Virus record (IMG/VR): IMGVR_UViG_3300029288_000075
Span: 64,001 to 128,000 of that record
Strand: one strand, 5' to 3'
DNA from: a virus
Taxonomy: Duplodnaviria; Caudoviricetes
Length of the DNA: 64,000 nt
Shown: positions 55,787 to 64,000 of the stretch, in pieces
Layout of the letters: each line of letters opens with the position of its first letter
Position numbering within the stretch: the first letter of the stretch is position 1
The notes under the pieces: generated by a model
Seen by the model: the letters and a program-made list of their open reading frames with translations, nothing else
Database searches by the model: none
Told to the model about the DNA's origin: nothing
Made by a program: the position numbers and the translations under genes

Positions 55787-57205
55787 ATGGCTGTCCCGAC
55801 TCTTGTGACGCCGTTGCTTACCCTACTGGTCAAGGTGTCCGCTGCACGTTCTCGCATGACCGTGTCGCAGACGCGGTCAGGCAGACGCCCGATGCGTGTG
55901 GAGACCATGCTCAAGAAGGACAACGAGGGTACCCTGTATCGCAATTGGAAGGATCACATACCCGGCGGATTGGCAGACAAGAAGAAGCCCACTGATTTCG
56001 ATCCTGCTGCGTTGGCCAAAGGTACCAAGGTGGAGTTCGAGCACACCGACAGGCTGCTTACTGCGTCTGAGATTGCCATGGACCACCTTGTCGAGGACCC
56101 TCGGTACTACGACAAACTCGAGAAGATGGAAGAGGGTGGGGCTAAGCATGCTGGTTTGTTGGATGTGTTGAAGGCTCCTATTCCTGGGACCAAGGACTGG
56201 TTCGTGAACACCGGTAAAGCTGGACTGCAGGGAGCTCATAGACTCACGGGCACCATGCCTGCGCGTCCCGGGGCATTGCGAACTGCAGCGAATTCGGTGG
56301 CTCCTGCAGCACGGGCGTCAGGGGCTCTGCCTGTTGCACGTGGCGGGGTGTACGGGATCTCGGAAGCGGAGCTGCAACGTCTAGGCTTTGGGGATTTGAT
56401 GAAGTCGGGGTCTGCTAAAAAGGTCGAAGACCTGAAGAAGGCGGCCTATCGTCTGCAAGGTCACACGGAAGTACAGGGACTTCCAATCGCCATCGAAAAT
56501 AGAAAGGGCTCTGTGCGGTCTGGCGAGGACCCAGACGGCACCCCGTGGCGCACGAAGTACAAGTACCCTTACGGTTACCTCGTGGGTACCAAGGGAAATG
56601 ACGACGAAGAGATTGATGTCTACGTAGGTCCCAACAAGGCAGCCCCCAACGCGTACGTAGTACATCAGCACAAGGTCACTGGCAAAGGCTACGATGAAGA
56701 CAAGGTGATGTTGGGTTTCGAGTCGGAAGCAGCTGCTAGGGCGGCGTACCTCGAGCACTACAACAAAGTTGGACCAAAGCTTCTTGGTCCCATCACGGTC
56801 ATTGCCATGAAGCGGCTGATAGAGATGCTGGCGCAGAAGAAGGAGTACAAGAAGCTGGCCACAGCCGACATATCCAACAATACGCTGATGACGGACCGAG
56901 CGGGGCCAACTACACGTAGCAAGCCTGGTGATGTACCAGACGCTATGGATGTGGCATTCTCCAAACTCAAGCAAGCATGGGATGGCGTTGGCTCTAGTGG
57001 AGGTCCTACCGGAAACAGAATGGCCATGCTTGACATGGATGAGAAGCCCGATCGAACAAAGCCGGGTGATGTACCATCACGGGATGGAACCAGTCCCGGC
57101 GCCGCACGCATCGAGCGGCATGAGGCAGGGCCGGATTTCATGACCACGTTACCTACGAACGGCGCCATGGCTAGTTCTCAGACCGGAGCAACTACGAGGC
57201 TTTGA
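55787..57205 (+). CDS. K-x-A polyprotein with DUF5661-like and inorganic-pyrophosphatase-like (InPase) domains
   Basis: GTKVEFEHT..EIAMDHLVEDPRYYDKL; IENRKGSVRSG..YGYLVGTKGNDDEEIDVYVG..YDEDKVMLGF. Confidence 0.75.
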   Translation: MAVPTLVTPLLTLLVKVSAARSRMTVSQTRSGRRPMRVETMLKKDNEGTLYRNWKDHIPGGLADKKKPTDFDPAALAKGTKVEFEHTDRLLTASEIAMDHLVEDPRYYDKLEKMEEGGAKHAGLLDVLKAPIPGTKDWFVNTGKAGLQGAHRLTGTMPARPGALRTAANSVAPAARASGALPVARGGVYGISEAELQRLGFGDLMKSGSAKKVEDLKKAAYRLQGHTEVQGLPIAIENRKGSVRSGEDPDGTPWRTKYKYPYGYLVGTKGNDDEEIDVYVGPNKAAPNAYVVHQHKVTGKGYDEDKVMLGFESEAAARAAYLEHYNKVGPKLLGPITVIAMKRLIEMLAQKKEYKKLATADISNNTLMTDRAGPTTRSKPGDVPDAMDVAFSKLKQAWDGVGSSGGPTGNRMAMLDMDEKPDRTKPGDVPSRDGTSPGAARIERHEAGPDFMTTLPTNGAMASSQTGATTRL

Positions 57206-58068
57206 TGCAATACTCAGAAGTCCAGTGGGCATCGTTCAGCGAGCAGCTAAGCAAGGAGGCTTTTTCGTTAGCTGGGATGGGGTCTACCTTGCGCGGTGCG
57301 CTGGGTTCCTCTATGGGAAAGGCCAAGGCCCCGACGGGGTGGATTCTGCCGAGTAGGAAGGGGTTGGCTCTGGGTTCTGCTGCGAAGCCCGGTGCAAGCA
57401 TGTTTCCTGCCCCTGGTGGTGTGGCCGCAACCCCAGGTGTATTTCAGTCTTTTGGCAAATCACTGCAGGAAGGCGGCAAGCTGATGCAGCGAGATTCGAC
57501 CAAGAGCCTACTGGCAGGTAAGTCTGTGTCGGCTGGTCCCGCCGCACGCATGGGGGGTGAGGTGGCGCAGTCGGTAGGGCACCACTACGCACACAAGGGT
57601 ACCTTAGGAAACCTCGTCAACCCACTAGGCGGTGCCCTGGGTGGGATGGCCGAGGGGATCACTCGCGGGGCTGGTAAAGAGTTGACCCGTGGAGCTGGTG
57701 CCCTAGGCGCGCATGGGCCGGCGGCTTTGCAGGGTACAGCGCGCACCATGGGTAGATTTGGCACGGGCATGCAACGAGCAGCCAAGGGCGTTGGTATGGC
57801 CGGTGAGGTAGCGGGGCTAGCCGGACTTGGTACGGCCGTACACGCTCCGCTGTCTTTGGCTGGTGCCGTCGGCGGGAAGATTGTGGGCGGGGCATCGCAA
57901 GCTCTCCCCATACTGACCGACGCACTGCACAGCGCCGGCGACGTAGTGGCGCATGGCGCGCACGACGTAGTGGGCAACGCGGCGCATTCAGCAGCAGGAA
58001 AAGTGCAGAGTGCTGCCAAGCGGTCATTGCCCTCGATGAGTCCACAACTTGTTCATGGAGTACCCTGA
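57205..58068 (+). CDS. K-x-A leader, Gly/Ala-rich protein
   Basis: WASFSEQLSKEAF; Gly zippers. Confidence 0.65.
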   Translation: MQYSEVQWASFSEQLSKEAFSLAGMGSTLRGALGSSMGKAKAPTGWILPSRKGLALGSAAKPGASMFPAPGGVAATPGVFQSFGKSLQEGGKLMQRDSTKSLLAGKSVSAGPAARMGGEVAQSVGHHYAHKGTLGNLVNPLGGALGGMAEGITRGAGKELTRGAGALGAHGPAALQGTARTMGRFGTGMQRAAKGVGMAGEVAGLAGLGTAVHAPLSLAGAVGGKIVGGASQALPILTDALHSAGDVVAHGAHDVVGNAAHSAAGKVQSAAKRSLPSMSPQLVHGVP

Positions 58069-58544
58069 TGTCCATCACCTACGACGAAGCTCTGCACGAT
58101 TGTCTTGTCGATGCACTAGGGAAGCTGGCAGGTCAATGTGGCTTGAAGGTCGCCGAGGTTTCTTCAGAAAGAGCCCGTCGAGCCATGGATCGTCTGAGTT
58201 CCATGGAAGACACCAAGCCCACGGTGGGTCAGGTGGCGCGTTACGCAGGTATTGGCGGTGGCGGTGGCGCGGCTGTCAAGGCCATCGGCAATGTGATTGA
58301 GGGGTACAAGAAACCCACGGTTCCTGGGGTCAAAGGACACCTGTTGGCCTTGGGTAGGGCAGCCGTGAAGGGGGACGTGAACAAGACGGTAGGCTCCAAG
58401 ATCCGCTCCGTAGCATCTACCGGGATCACTGGGGCTCTGGGGGCAGGGGTAATCCCACTTGCTCGCAGCGGTAGTGACCGTGCAGCAGAGCGGAAGGTTC
58501 TCAAGAAGTACATTCAACAGACTCCAGCGGTGCCCAATGCCTGA
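58068..58544 (+). CDS. K-x-A leader, Gly-rich protein
   Basis: CLVDALGKLAG, LKVAE. Confidence 0.6.
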   Translation: MSITYDEALHDCLVDALGKLAGQCGLKVAEVSSERARRAMDRLSSMEDTKPTVGQVARYAGIGGGGGAAVKAIGNVIEGYKKPTVPGVKGHLLALGRAAVKGDVNKTVGSKIRSVASTGITGALGAGVIPLARSGSDRAAERKVLKKYIQQTPAVPNA

Positions 58545-59718
58545 GTGGATGCACAATCGAGCCGAGCACATACTTGCCAAGAATCCTTCGATGCCCAAGT
58601 CGGAGGCCTTTGCCATTGCAACGCAGCAGAGCCACGCTACAGGGCATTCTCCAAAGGGGTTTGGTACAGCCGAGGGAAGAGCGAAAGCCAAGGCCAAGTT
58701 CGATACTCCCAAGGGTGACGAGCATCGGGCGAATCCAGGTAACTTGACGAGCTCCAAGATGGCCGCGGCGGCGTTTACGCATGTAGTGTCTGTGCGTACC
58801 ACGCGTGATGGTGCCGGCGCTTTACGTGACATCCTGCACAACATCCAGCAGAATGGTGCCCCCGGGCACTCCTTTGGGATAGTAACGACGGATAAGCCCG
58901 CGCGCCACATTGGAAGTTGGGATGGGGATGGCGCCGATACAATGGCTCTTCCTACCATGCACAAGATGGCGTCCGTAGTAGGCTGGTTGTTGGAGTCTAC
59001 TGGGTTGCTAGGGAAACTTGGCTTTGCCAGCTCCTCCTACGGGGGTCAGCCGGCACAAAATGGTCCTGGAATGCGTGGACGTAGCCAGATTCCACCCTTC
59101 GTGGCTCCTCCCATTGAGGTGAAGGCAGCCGGGCTGCGGCGCGTGGGAGAACTGGTTACAGGTAGTCGAGCGAACAAGCTCTACGACGCTGCGCTTCGTC
59201 ATGCCGATTCTGCTCGAGGAGGTAGTGCAGCAAGCGCAAAGGCCGTTCGAAAACTGCGTGGGCTTGCCCACATGGAAGAGGGAAACGTGGGGCGTATGCA
59301 GGGTGCCTTGGCTACAGGTGCTGGCATTGGGGCTGTAGCGGATCTCACTGGTTTTGCGGAGAGACGTGCCAAAGCTAAGGAGGCAGGCGTGGGTGTGGGC
59401 GCCGGGATGTCTGCTTCGCAGTACTCTGGGCCGCTCTCATATGGTCCATTCAAGCAAGAGAGTGCGATTCCTGCATTCATTTCTCCGGGCATGACCAAGA
59501 CGGACCCGCGGTTGGAAGCGCCCGCCTACGCCACCGGTGGCAACAAGACTGCTGGTGCGGCAACGGGGGCCATGACGGCGGCCGGTCGTCTTCGGGCAAG
59601 TCAACGACTCACCGCACCAAAGCTTACTGGGTTTTCTGGCCCTAGCATCGCGGACATTGCTAAGCCAAAGGGCTTTGGAAAGCCGCTGTCGGGGGCACTG
59701 AAAGGTACTCTCGGATGA
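58537..59718 (+). CDS. K-x-A polyprotein
   Basis: SKMAA, HKMAS, GKLGF, VKAAG, AKEAG, NKTAG; N-terminal KSEAFAIATQQ module. Confidence 0.65.
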   Translation: MPEWMHNRAEHILAKNPSMPKSEAFAIATQQSHATGHSPKGFGTAEGRAKAKAKFDTPKGDEHRANPGNLTSSKMAAAAFTHVVSVRTTRDGAGALRDILHNIQQNGAPGHSFGIVTTDKPARHIGSWDGDGADTMALPTMHKMASVVGWLLESTGLLGKLGFASSSYGGQPAQNGPGMRGRSQIPPFVAPPIEVKAAGLRRVGELVTGSRANKLYDAALRHADSARGGSAASAKAVRKLRGLAHMEEGNVGRMQGALATGAGIGAVADLTGFAERRAKAKEAGVGVGAGMSASQYSGPLSYGPFKQESAIPAFISPGMTKTDPRLEAPAYATGGNKTAGAATGAMTAAGRLRASQRLTAPKLTGFSGPSIADIAKPKGFGKPLSGALKGTLG

Positions 59719-60116
59719 CTCCTGCGGCTATCTCTGCATGCTGCAGGGAGCTTACCAAGGTTGCTCTGCTCGAGCGCCTGGTACGTTTGGGCGCTACCGA
59801 TATCCCTCGAACGCCTCGACTTCTCATGAAGCACAGAGACCCTAAGGCGCTGGCGGCGTTGCAGCAGGCAACTGAGACGGCGTGGGACTCAAGGGTTACC
59901 GCGCCCCTGATGCGGGCTGCTGATCGAGGGCTACGGCATCTTCCTGAAGGCAAGGCTCGCAACTTGGCCACCTCCGGTGCGCGGTTGTTGGCCGAAGATC
60001 CTGTTGGATTTACGGTCACGAATGCCATACCAATACCGGGAGCTTCTCCTGCTTGGATCGCGGCCAAAAGGGGACTTGAACGCGTGATTGACAAGACTGC
60101 GCCTCTGCAAGTCTGA
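59715..60116 (+). CDS. K-x-A leader protein
   Basis: ISACCRELTKVAL. Confidence 0.6.
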   Translation: MTPAAISACCRELTKVALLERLVRLGATDIPRTPRLLMKHRDPKALAALQQATETAWDSRVTAPLMRAADRGLRHLPEGKARNLATSGARLLAEDPVGFTVTNAIPIPGASPAWIAAKRGLERVIDKTAPLQV

Positions 60117-60168
60117 CATGTAGCAGGCATAAGGACTCTGTATCAGAGATCCTACCTGTTGGAGGAAC

Positions 60169-60756
60169 ATGCGCGTATGCCCTGTTTTACTAGGCTATTT
60201 GAGTGGCCTGAGAAAGCACATTGACTTTGATTCTCCTCTGAACGAATTCGGTTTGCCCACCCAGGAGGAACTGGAAGAACGGTGCAAAGCCCAACTGGTG
60301 TCAGAGGCTACTTCACACTTGCGCGGATTCTACTGCGTACAGGAGACGCTTGCTAGGCTGGCACTGCGCTGGCCAGCTGCGGTTCTCATGCCAGAGATGC
60401 CCAAGGCGAGCATGTCGGCGTACTACTTGATGCAGGTCGTATCTTGGGTACGAGAGGTAGAGGATCTTCTTGCCGGCAATGCGTTGGAGACTGCGGTCAT
60501 GCAACGTACGCTACCTCTGCAGGAGACCGGAGGAGGGCAAGTACATCAGCAAGATGCTGAGAGGGCGTCTAGGCTTTGTTCGTACCTTGTGTTGGAGGCC
60601 ATGCCCCTACGCAGGTCCCTCAAGGACAGACGCACAAGTTTGCGGCGGGTTGGTCACTACTATGCCCGCGTGCTATTGGATGTTGGGACTAGCGTTGCCG
60701 CTGCTCATAGAGAGGCGTTGGCATTGAGCCAGAACGTGGAGGAGAAGTATGCCTGA
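60169..60756 (+). CDS. Hypothetical protein
   Basis: GGAGGAAC SD; upstream AGGCATAAG promoter variant. Confidence 0.55.
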   Translation: MRVCPVLLGYLSGLRKHIDFDSPLNEFGLPTQEELEERCKAQLVSEATSHLRGFYCVQETLARLALRWPAAVLMPEMPKASMSAYYLMQVVSWVREVEDLLAGNALETAVMQRTLPLQETGGGQVHQQDAERASRLCSYLVLEAMPLRRSLKDRRTSLRRVGHYYARVLLDVGTSVAAAHREALALSQNVEEKYA

Positions 60757-61108
60757 AGCTAGCGCGGAAGAGCTTCCCAGCTTGTTGCTTGAGGTGCGTG
60801 AGTCGAGCACAGCCAAGAACAAGCAAGGTATGTTCGTAGGGGCTATTCAGCTGGTCTGCGTCACCCGTGACGAAGGGATCTTTGATGCCGCGGTGCAGTA
60901 CTTGGACGGCTACAAGATGTATGGCTCTACATCGGAGGAGGTGATACAGGCGTTGACGGCCGAGTTGCATGACGTGGAGGAGACTCAGGCTTCTCTGCTA
61001 GTTCGTAATGGCCTGCTCGAGCGCCGTATACGGGAAAAAGACGCCAGAATAGCTCAGCTCGAGCGTCTTCTGGGCGCCTTGGGCACGGACCTGGGCTTTG
61101 ACGACTGA
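60749..61108 (+). CDS. Coiled-coil hypothetical protein
   Basis: GGAG SD. Confidence 0.55.
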   Translation: MPEASAEELPSLLLEVRESSTAKNKQGMFVGAIQLVCVTRDEGIFDAAVQYLDGYKMYGSTSEEVIQALTAELHDVEETQASLLVRNGLLERRIREKDARIAQLERLLGALGTDLGFDD

Positions 61109-61132
61109 GCGTTGTACACTTGTCGGAGGCAA

Positions 61133-61588
61133 ATGGCACATTCAAGTACAGACGATTACCCCGTTCGCATCACTTCTCCCGACTACAAGACGGCTGACCG
61201 CAGTGAGTTGGAGGCGTGGCTTAGAAAGGAAGCTGCAGCTGTAGCTGGAGGGGTCAAGCCTGAGGACAACGAGGATTCTACAACCGCTCAATACAGCGAG
61301 TTGTACGAGCCTCCAGCTGGCGCAAAGAAGCTCGTAGAGACTGCCCTCCATACGACGTACCCTAATGGGGCAGCCTCGCAGGCCACGCAGCGTGAGGTAC
61401 TGGACGGCGCATTTGCCAGTACACCAGCTACAGCCAAGGCAGAGCAAGCGCTACTTAGCGCAAATTTCGAACATGCGCGCACTGGAGACTTCGAAACGCA
61501 AGCGCCATTGCTACGTGGCGAGCGCGCGAAGGGTAAGGTAGCGCACTTTCTGTCAGACCGTACGCACTTGCTGGGGCTTGGGAAGTGA
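61133..61588 (+). CDS. Hypothetical protein
   Basis: TACACT -10, GGAGG SD; coupled to the sigma gene. Confidence 0.6.
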   Translation: MAHSSTDDYPVRITSPDYKTADRSELEAWLRKEAAAVAGGVKPEDNEDSTTAQYSELYEPPAGAKKLVETALHTTYPNGAASQATQREVLDGAFASTPATAKAEQALLSANFEHARTGDFETQAPLLRGERAKGKVAHFLSDRTHLLGLGK

Positions 61589-62340
61589 ATGCAGCTGACG
61601 AATTCCTAGAGACCAAGCAGAAGACCGCCGCGGCTCGAGCCGCGCAGGATCTTCATCTTTGGCATGCGTGGGATCAAGGAGGAAGGACACCTCAGCTGCT
61701 GGAGCCACTGCTGTCCAGGTACGACTCGCTCATGAACCGTAGGGCGAATGACTGGCGTGCCCCTACGGTGGCCCCGGCGGCATTCAAAGCTGAGCTGCAT
61801 AAGCAGTTCATTCAAGCAGCACACTCGTACGATCCTGAGCGTGGTGTGGCCTTCAACACACACGTGCAGTCTCGTTTGAAGAAAGCTCAGCGGTTCAACG
61901 CCAAGCACCAAAACGTGGGGTACATACCTGAGGACTTGTCCAGACACGTAGGTCCCATGGAGCGTGCCAAGAACGAGCTTACGGACCAGTTCGGACGTCC
62001 CCCCACTACGGTGGAACTTGCGAATCACATGGGCTTGCCGCAGCGTAAGCTCACTGCGCTAATTACTCAGCTACGAAGGGATGTGCCATCGTCGCATTTC
62101 GAGTCAGATCCCACGACGCTATCCACGGGTAGGGAAGCAGACGTGGTTCGTTTGATGAAGCGCAGACCGGAGGAGTACCTGACACCCGAGGAAGTACGGG
62201 TATTTTCTCACATCTACGGCATCAACGGTGCTCGGAAGATTACGGATACGACGTCGTTGGCCACCCAACTTGGGTTGAGTCAACCAAAGGTCTCACGCTT
62301 GAAGACCTCAATCGCGAAGAAGGTTCAGCAGTACCTCTGA
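61585..62340 (+). CDS. RNA polymerase sigma factor, sigma70 family (FliA/WhiG/SigF-like)
   Basis: Region 2 YDPERGVAFNTHV, region 3 FGRPPTTVELANHMGL, region 4 LTPEE...LATQLGLSQPKVSRLK. Confidence 0.85.
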   Translation: MNAADEFLETKQKTAAARAAQDLHLWHAWDQGGRTPQLLEPLLSRYDSLMNRRANDWRAPTVAPAAFKAELHKQFIQAAHSYDPERGVAFNTHVQSRLKKAQRFNAKHQNVGYIPEDLSRHVGPMERAKNELTDQFGRPPTTVELANHMGLPQRKLTALITQLRRDVPSSHFESDPTTLSTGREADVVRLMKRRPEEYLTPEEVRVFSHIYGINGARKITDTTSLATQLGLSQPKVSRLKTSIAKKVQQYL

Positions 62341-62368
62341 CGTAGAACCCACTGGGCTACGTATTGAT

Positions 62369-62397
62369 AGGCGACGTGCGTCAGCACGCCGCCTTTT
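62369..62397 (+). terminator. Intrinsic terminator after the sigma gene
   Basis: AGGCGACGTGC-GTCA-GCACGCCGCCT-TTT. Confidence 0.6.
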
Positions 62398-62406
62398 GGA
62401 GTTTTC

Positions 62407-63609
62407 ATGTACACACAAAGCGACTACAACGTTGGAAATGATTCAGCCACAACGGCAGCCATAGCTCGAGTGCTTGCCTACTTGCGCATCGGAGAGGCGG
62501 AACAACAGCGCCTGGTAGACCACTGCGCTCGAAACATCCCCCGGGATCGCTACGTGCATCCCAAGCTCATGAGCTTCTCCACGGAGTACAAGGACGAGCG
62601 AGACGAGCAGTTCAGCAAAGGCGCCAAGGAACGGGCAAGGTTGTGCGTCATCTACGACCGTAAGGGGCAAAAGGAGGCCATGCTGATTCATCGGCATGCA
62701 TTGAGCCACCTTTGCGAAATTGCCGGATTGGACGGCAGGTACAGGGCCAAGTTGGACGTAGACAGCGCGGATGCGTGGCGGCGCGACTTGCTGGCTACCA
62801 ACTTGAAAGAGCTGTTTGCCAAGCAGCGCTTCCTGAACAAGCTGAAGAGGGAGGCAGAGTTCTTGCACCGCATTGTGGGCAACGAGTTGCGAGCGGTCCT
62901 GACGCAGAGCTACAACAGGCACTTGGTAAGTACTGCGGTGCTGCAGCCCTTCTTGGCAGCCTGTCAGGAGGTAGGGTTGCAGCCAGCCAAGGCCACAGTG
63001 TCTGACATGAAGGTGCACTTGCAGACGTACCTGCCTTTTGCCTTTCAGCCGGTGCCTGGTGAGTTCGTAGCCATCGGCACCTGCTGGACAAACAGCGACT
63101 TCGGTGAGGGCAAGTTGCGTATCAGCCATAGCGTGCTTCGGCTGAATGGTGGCGGCAACCTCGTTACTGAGGATGCCTTCAGTCGCATGCACATTGGTTC
63201 GGTAGTTCAGGATACGGACATGAAGCTCAGCGACGAGGTCGCCATAAAGGAGCTCGAGGCCGTGGCTGCAGCTACTCGTTCGGCTGTGCTCGAGGCCATG
63301 ACACCAGACCGCGTGAACCTTCTGCTGCGTGCAATTCAGAAGGCGGCGGAAGAGAAAGTGCCGTGGTACCAGATGAAGGACCAGCTTGCCAAGATCTTGA
63401 GCAAGGGTGACCTGGACACCATTGAAGGGCTTTTGGAGGCTGAGATAGAAGACCTACCACCCCCAGGGGTAGGAAGCGATGGACAGCCTTTGCCCTCGAG
63501 GTGGTGGGCTGCGGCTGCCTTGTCCCACCTGGCGGAGAAGACGGCGGACCCAACTAAAGCTATGGAGATCAAGGCGGCGGCTGGTTCATTCTTGAACTCC
63601 GCCAAGTAG
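62407..63609 (+). CDS. DUF932-like protein
   Basis: HALSHLC..RAVLTQSY..NSDFGEGKL..LRL..RMHIG pattern. Confidence 0.55.
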   Translation: MYTQSDYNVGNDSATTAAIARVLAYLRIGEAEQQRLVDHCARNIPRDRYVHPKLMSFSTEYKDERDEQFSKGAKERARLCVIYDRKGQKEAMLIHRHALSHLCEIAGLDGRYRAKLDVDSADAWRRDLLATNLKELFAKQRFLNKLKREAEFLHRIVGNELRAVLTQSYNRHLVSTAVLQPFLAACQEVGLQPAKATVSDMKVHLQTYLPFAFQPVPGEFVAIGTCWTNSDFGEGKLRISHSVLRLNGGGNLVTEDAFSRMHIGSVVQDTDMKLSDEVAIKELEAVAAATRSAVLEAMTPDRVNLLLRAIQKAAEEKVPWYQMKDQLAKILSKGDLDTIEGLLEAEIEDLPPPGVGSDGQPLPSRWWAAAALSHLAEKTADPTKAMEIKAAAGSFLNSAK

Positions 63610-63627
63610 TAGGCTAGGAGGAAATAC

Positions 63628-64000
63628 ATGGCATACCTATCAGCTGACGAGCAAGAAGTTCTGCGTCTTGCTCGTACAGTCATTCGGGACATGGAGTACG
63701 ACTACCCAAACAAGGATCTGGTGTGCTCACCACAGGAAGTTTGTACCAAGCTGTCGGTTCTTCTTGGCGAGGAGTACGACTACCAGTCGAATGAGGTGAC
63801 GGCGGCTGCCGAGGAAGTGAAGAAGGGACTTGTGCTGGAGGTCTTCGAGGACATAGGGAAACTGCGCAGCCGTGCCGAGTCTTTGTCGGAAGACGGCTAC
63901 CACATCTATCCAGTGCAGTACCTGGGGCATGCTGGATTCATGTTTTTGTTGCAAGCAGTGAACCCAGTATTGATGCAGAGCAAGCAAGCAGCAGCCCTGC
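63628..64000 (+). CDS. Hypothetical protein, 3'-truncated
   Basis: AGGAGG SD, ATG GCA TAC...; appears to run to the window edge. Confidence 0.55.
   Translation, partial: MAYLSADEQEVLRLARTVIRDMEYDYPNKDLVCSPQEVCTKLSVLLGEEYDYQSNEVTAAAEEVKKGLVLEVFEDIGKLRSRAESLSEDGYHIYPVQYLGHAGFMFLLQAVNPVLMQSKQAAAL

Noticed and set aside
1-64000. Stop-codon reassignment, tRNAs, CRISPR arrays, introns/inteins, integrase
   Set aside because: Genes end at TAA, TAG and TGA and are intact in code 11; no cloverleaf, repeat-spacer array, intein or recombinase motif seen by eye

Overview
Head/tail morphogenesis region plus neighbouring accessory genes of a large, GC-rich (about 60% by eye) contractile-tailed dsDNA phage. 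It uses the standard genetic code. I saw no integrase, host housekeeping genes, tRNA or CRISPR array. Recognisable core genes: GpA-type terminase large subunit, prohead protease, scaffold-like proteins, major capsid protein, neck/terminator proteins, tail sheath and tube, a tail assembly chaperone with a G_GGA_AAT -1 frameshift, tape measure and baseplate proteins. Also present: GroES, a dNMP kinase, a DNA methyltransferase, a histone H1-like protein, a GNAT acetyltransferase, two HNH endonucleases and a FliA/sigma-28-like sigma factor. The most striking unexplained signal is a recurring K-x-A(/S/G) motif, usually at the end of a short helical leader, in more than 15 otherwise unrelated proteins. 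It falls on domain boundaries, which suggests a capsid-targeting and protease-processed polyprotein cargo system. The phage sigma factor carries the same leader, and sigma-28-like promoters ([G/C]AA[A/T]-N14/15-GG[G/C][G/C]ATAAG) precede minus-strand accessory genes and a candidate structured small RNA. All family assignments come from motifs recognised by eye; no searches were run.
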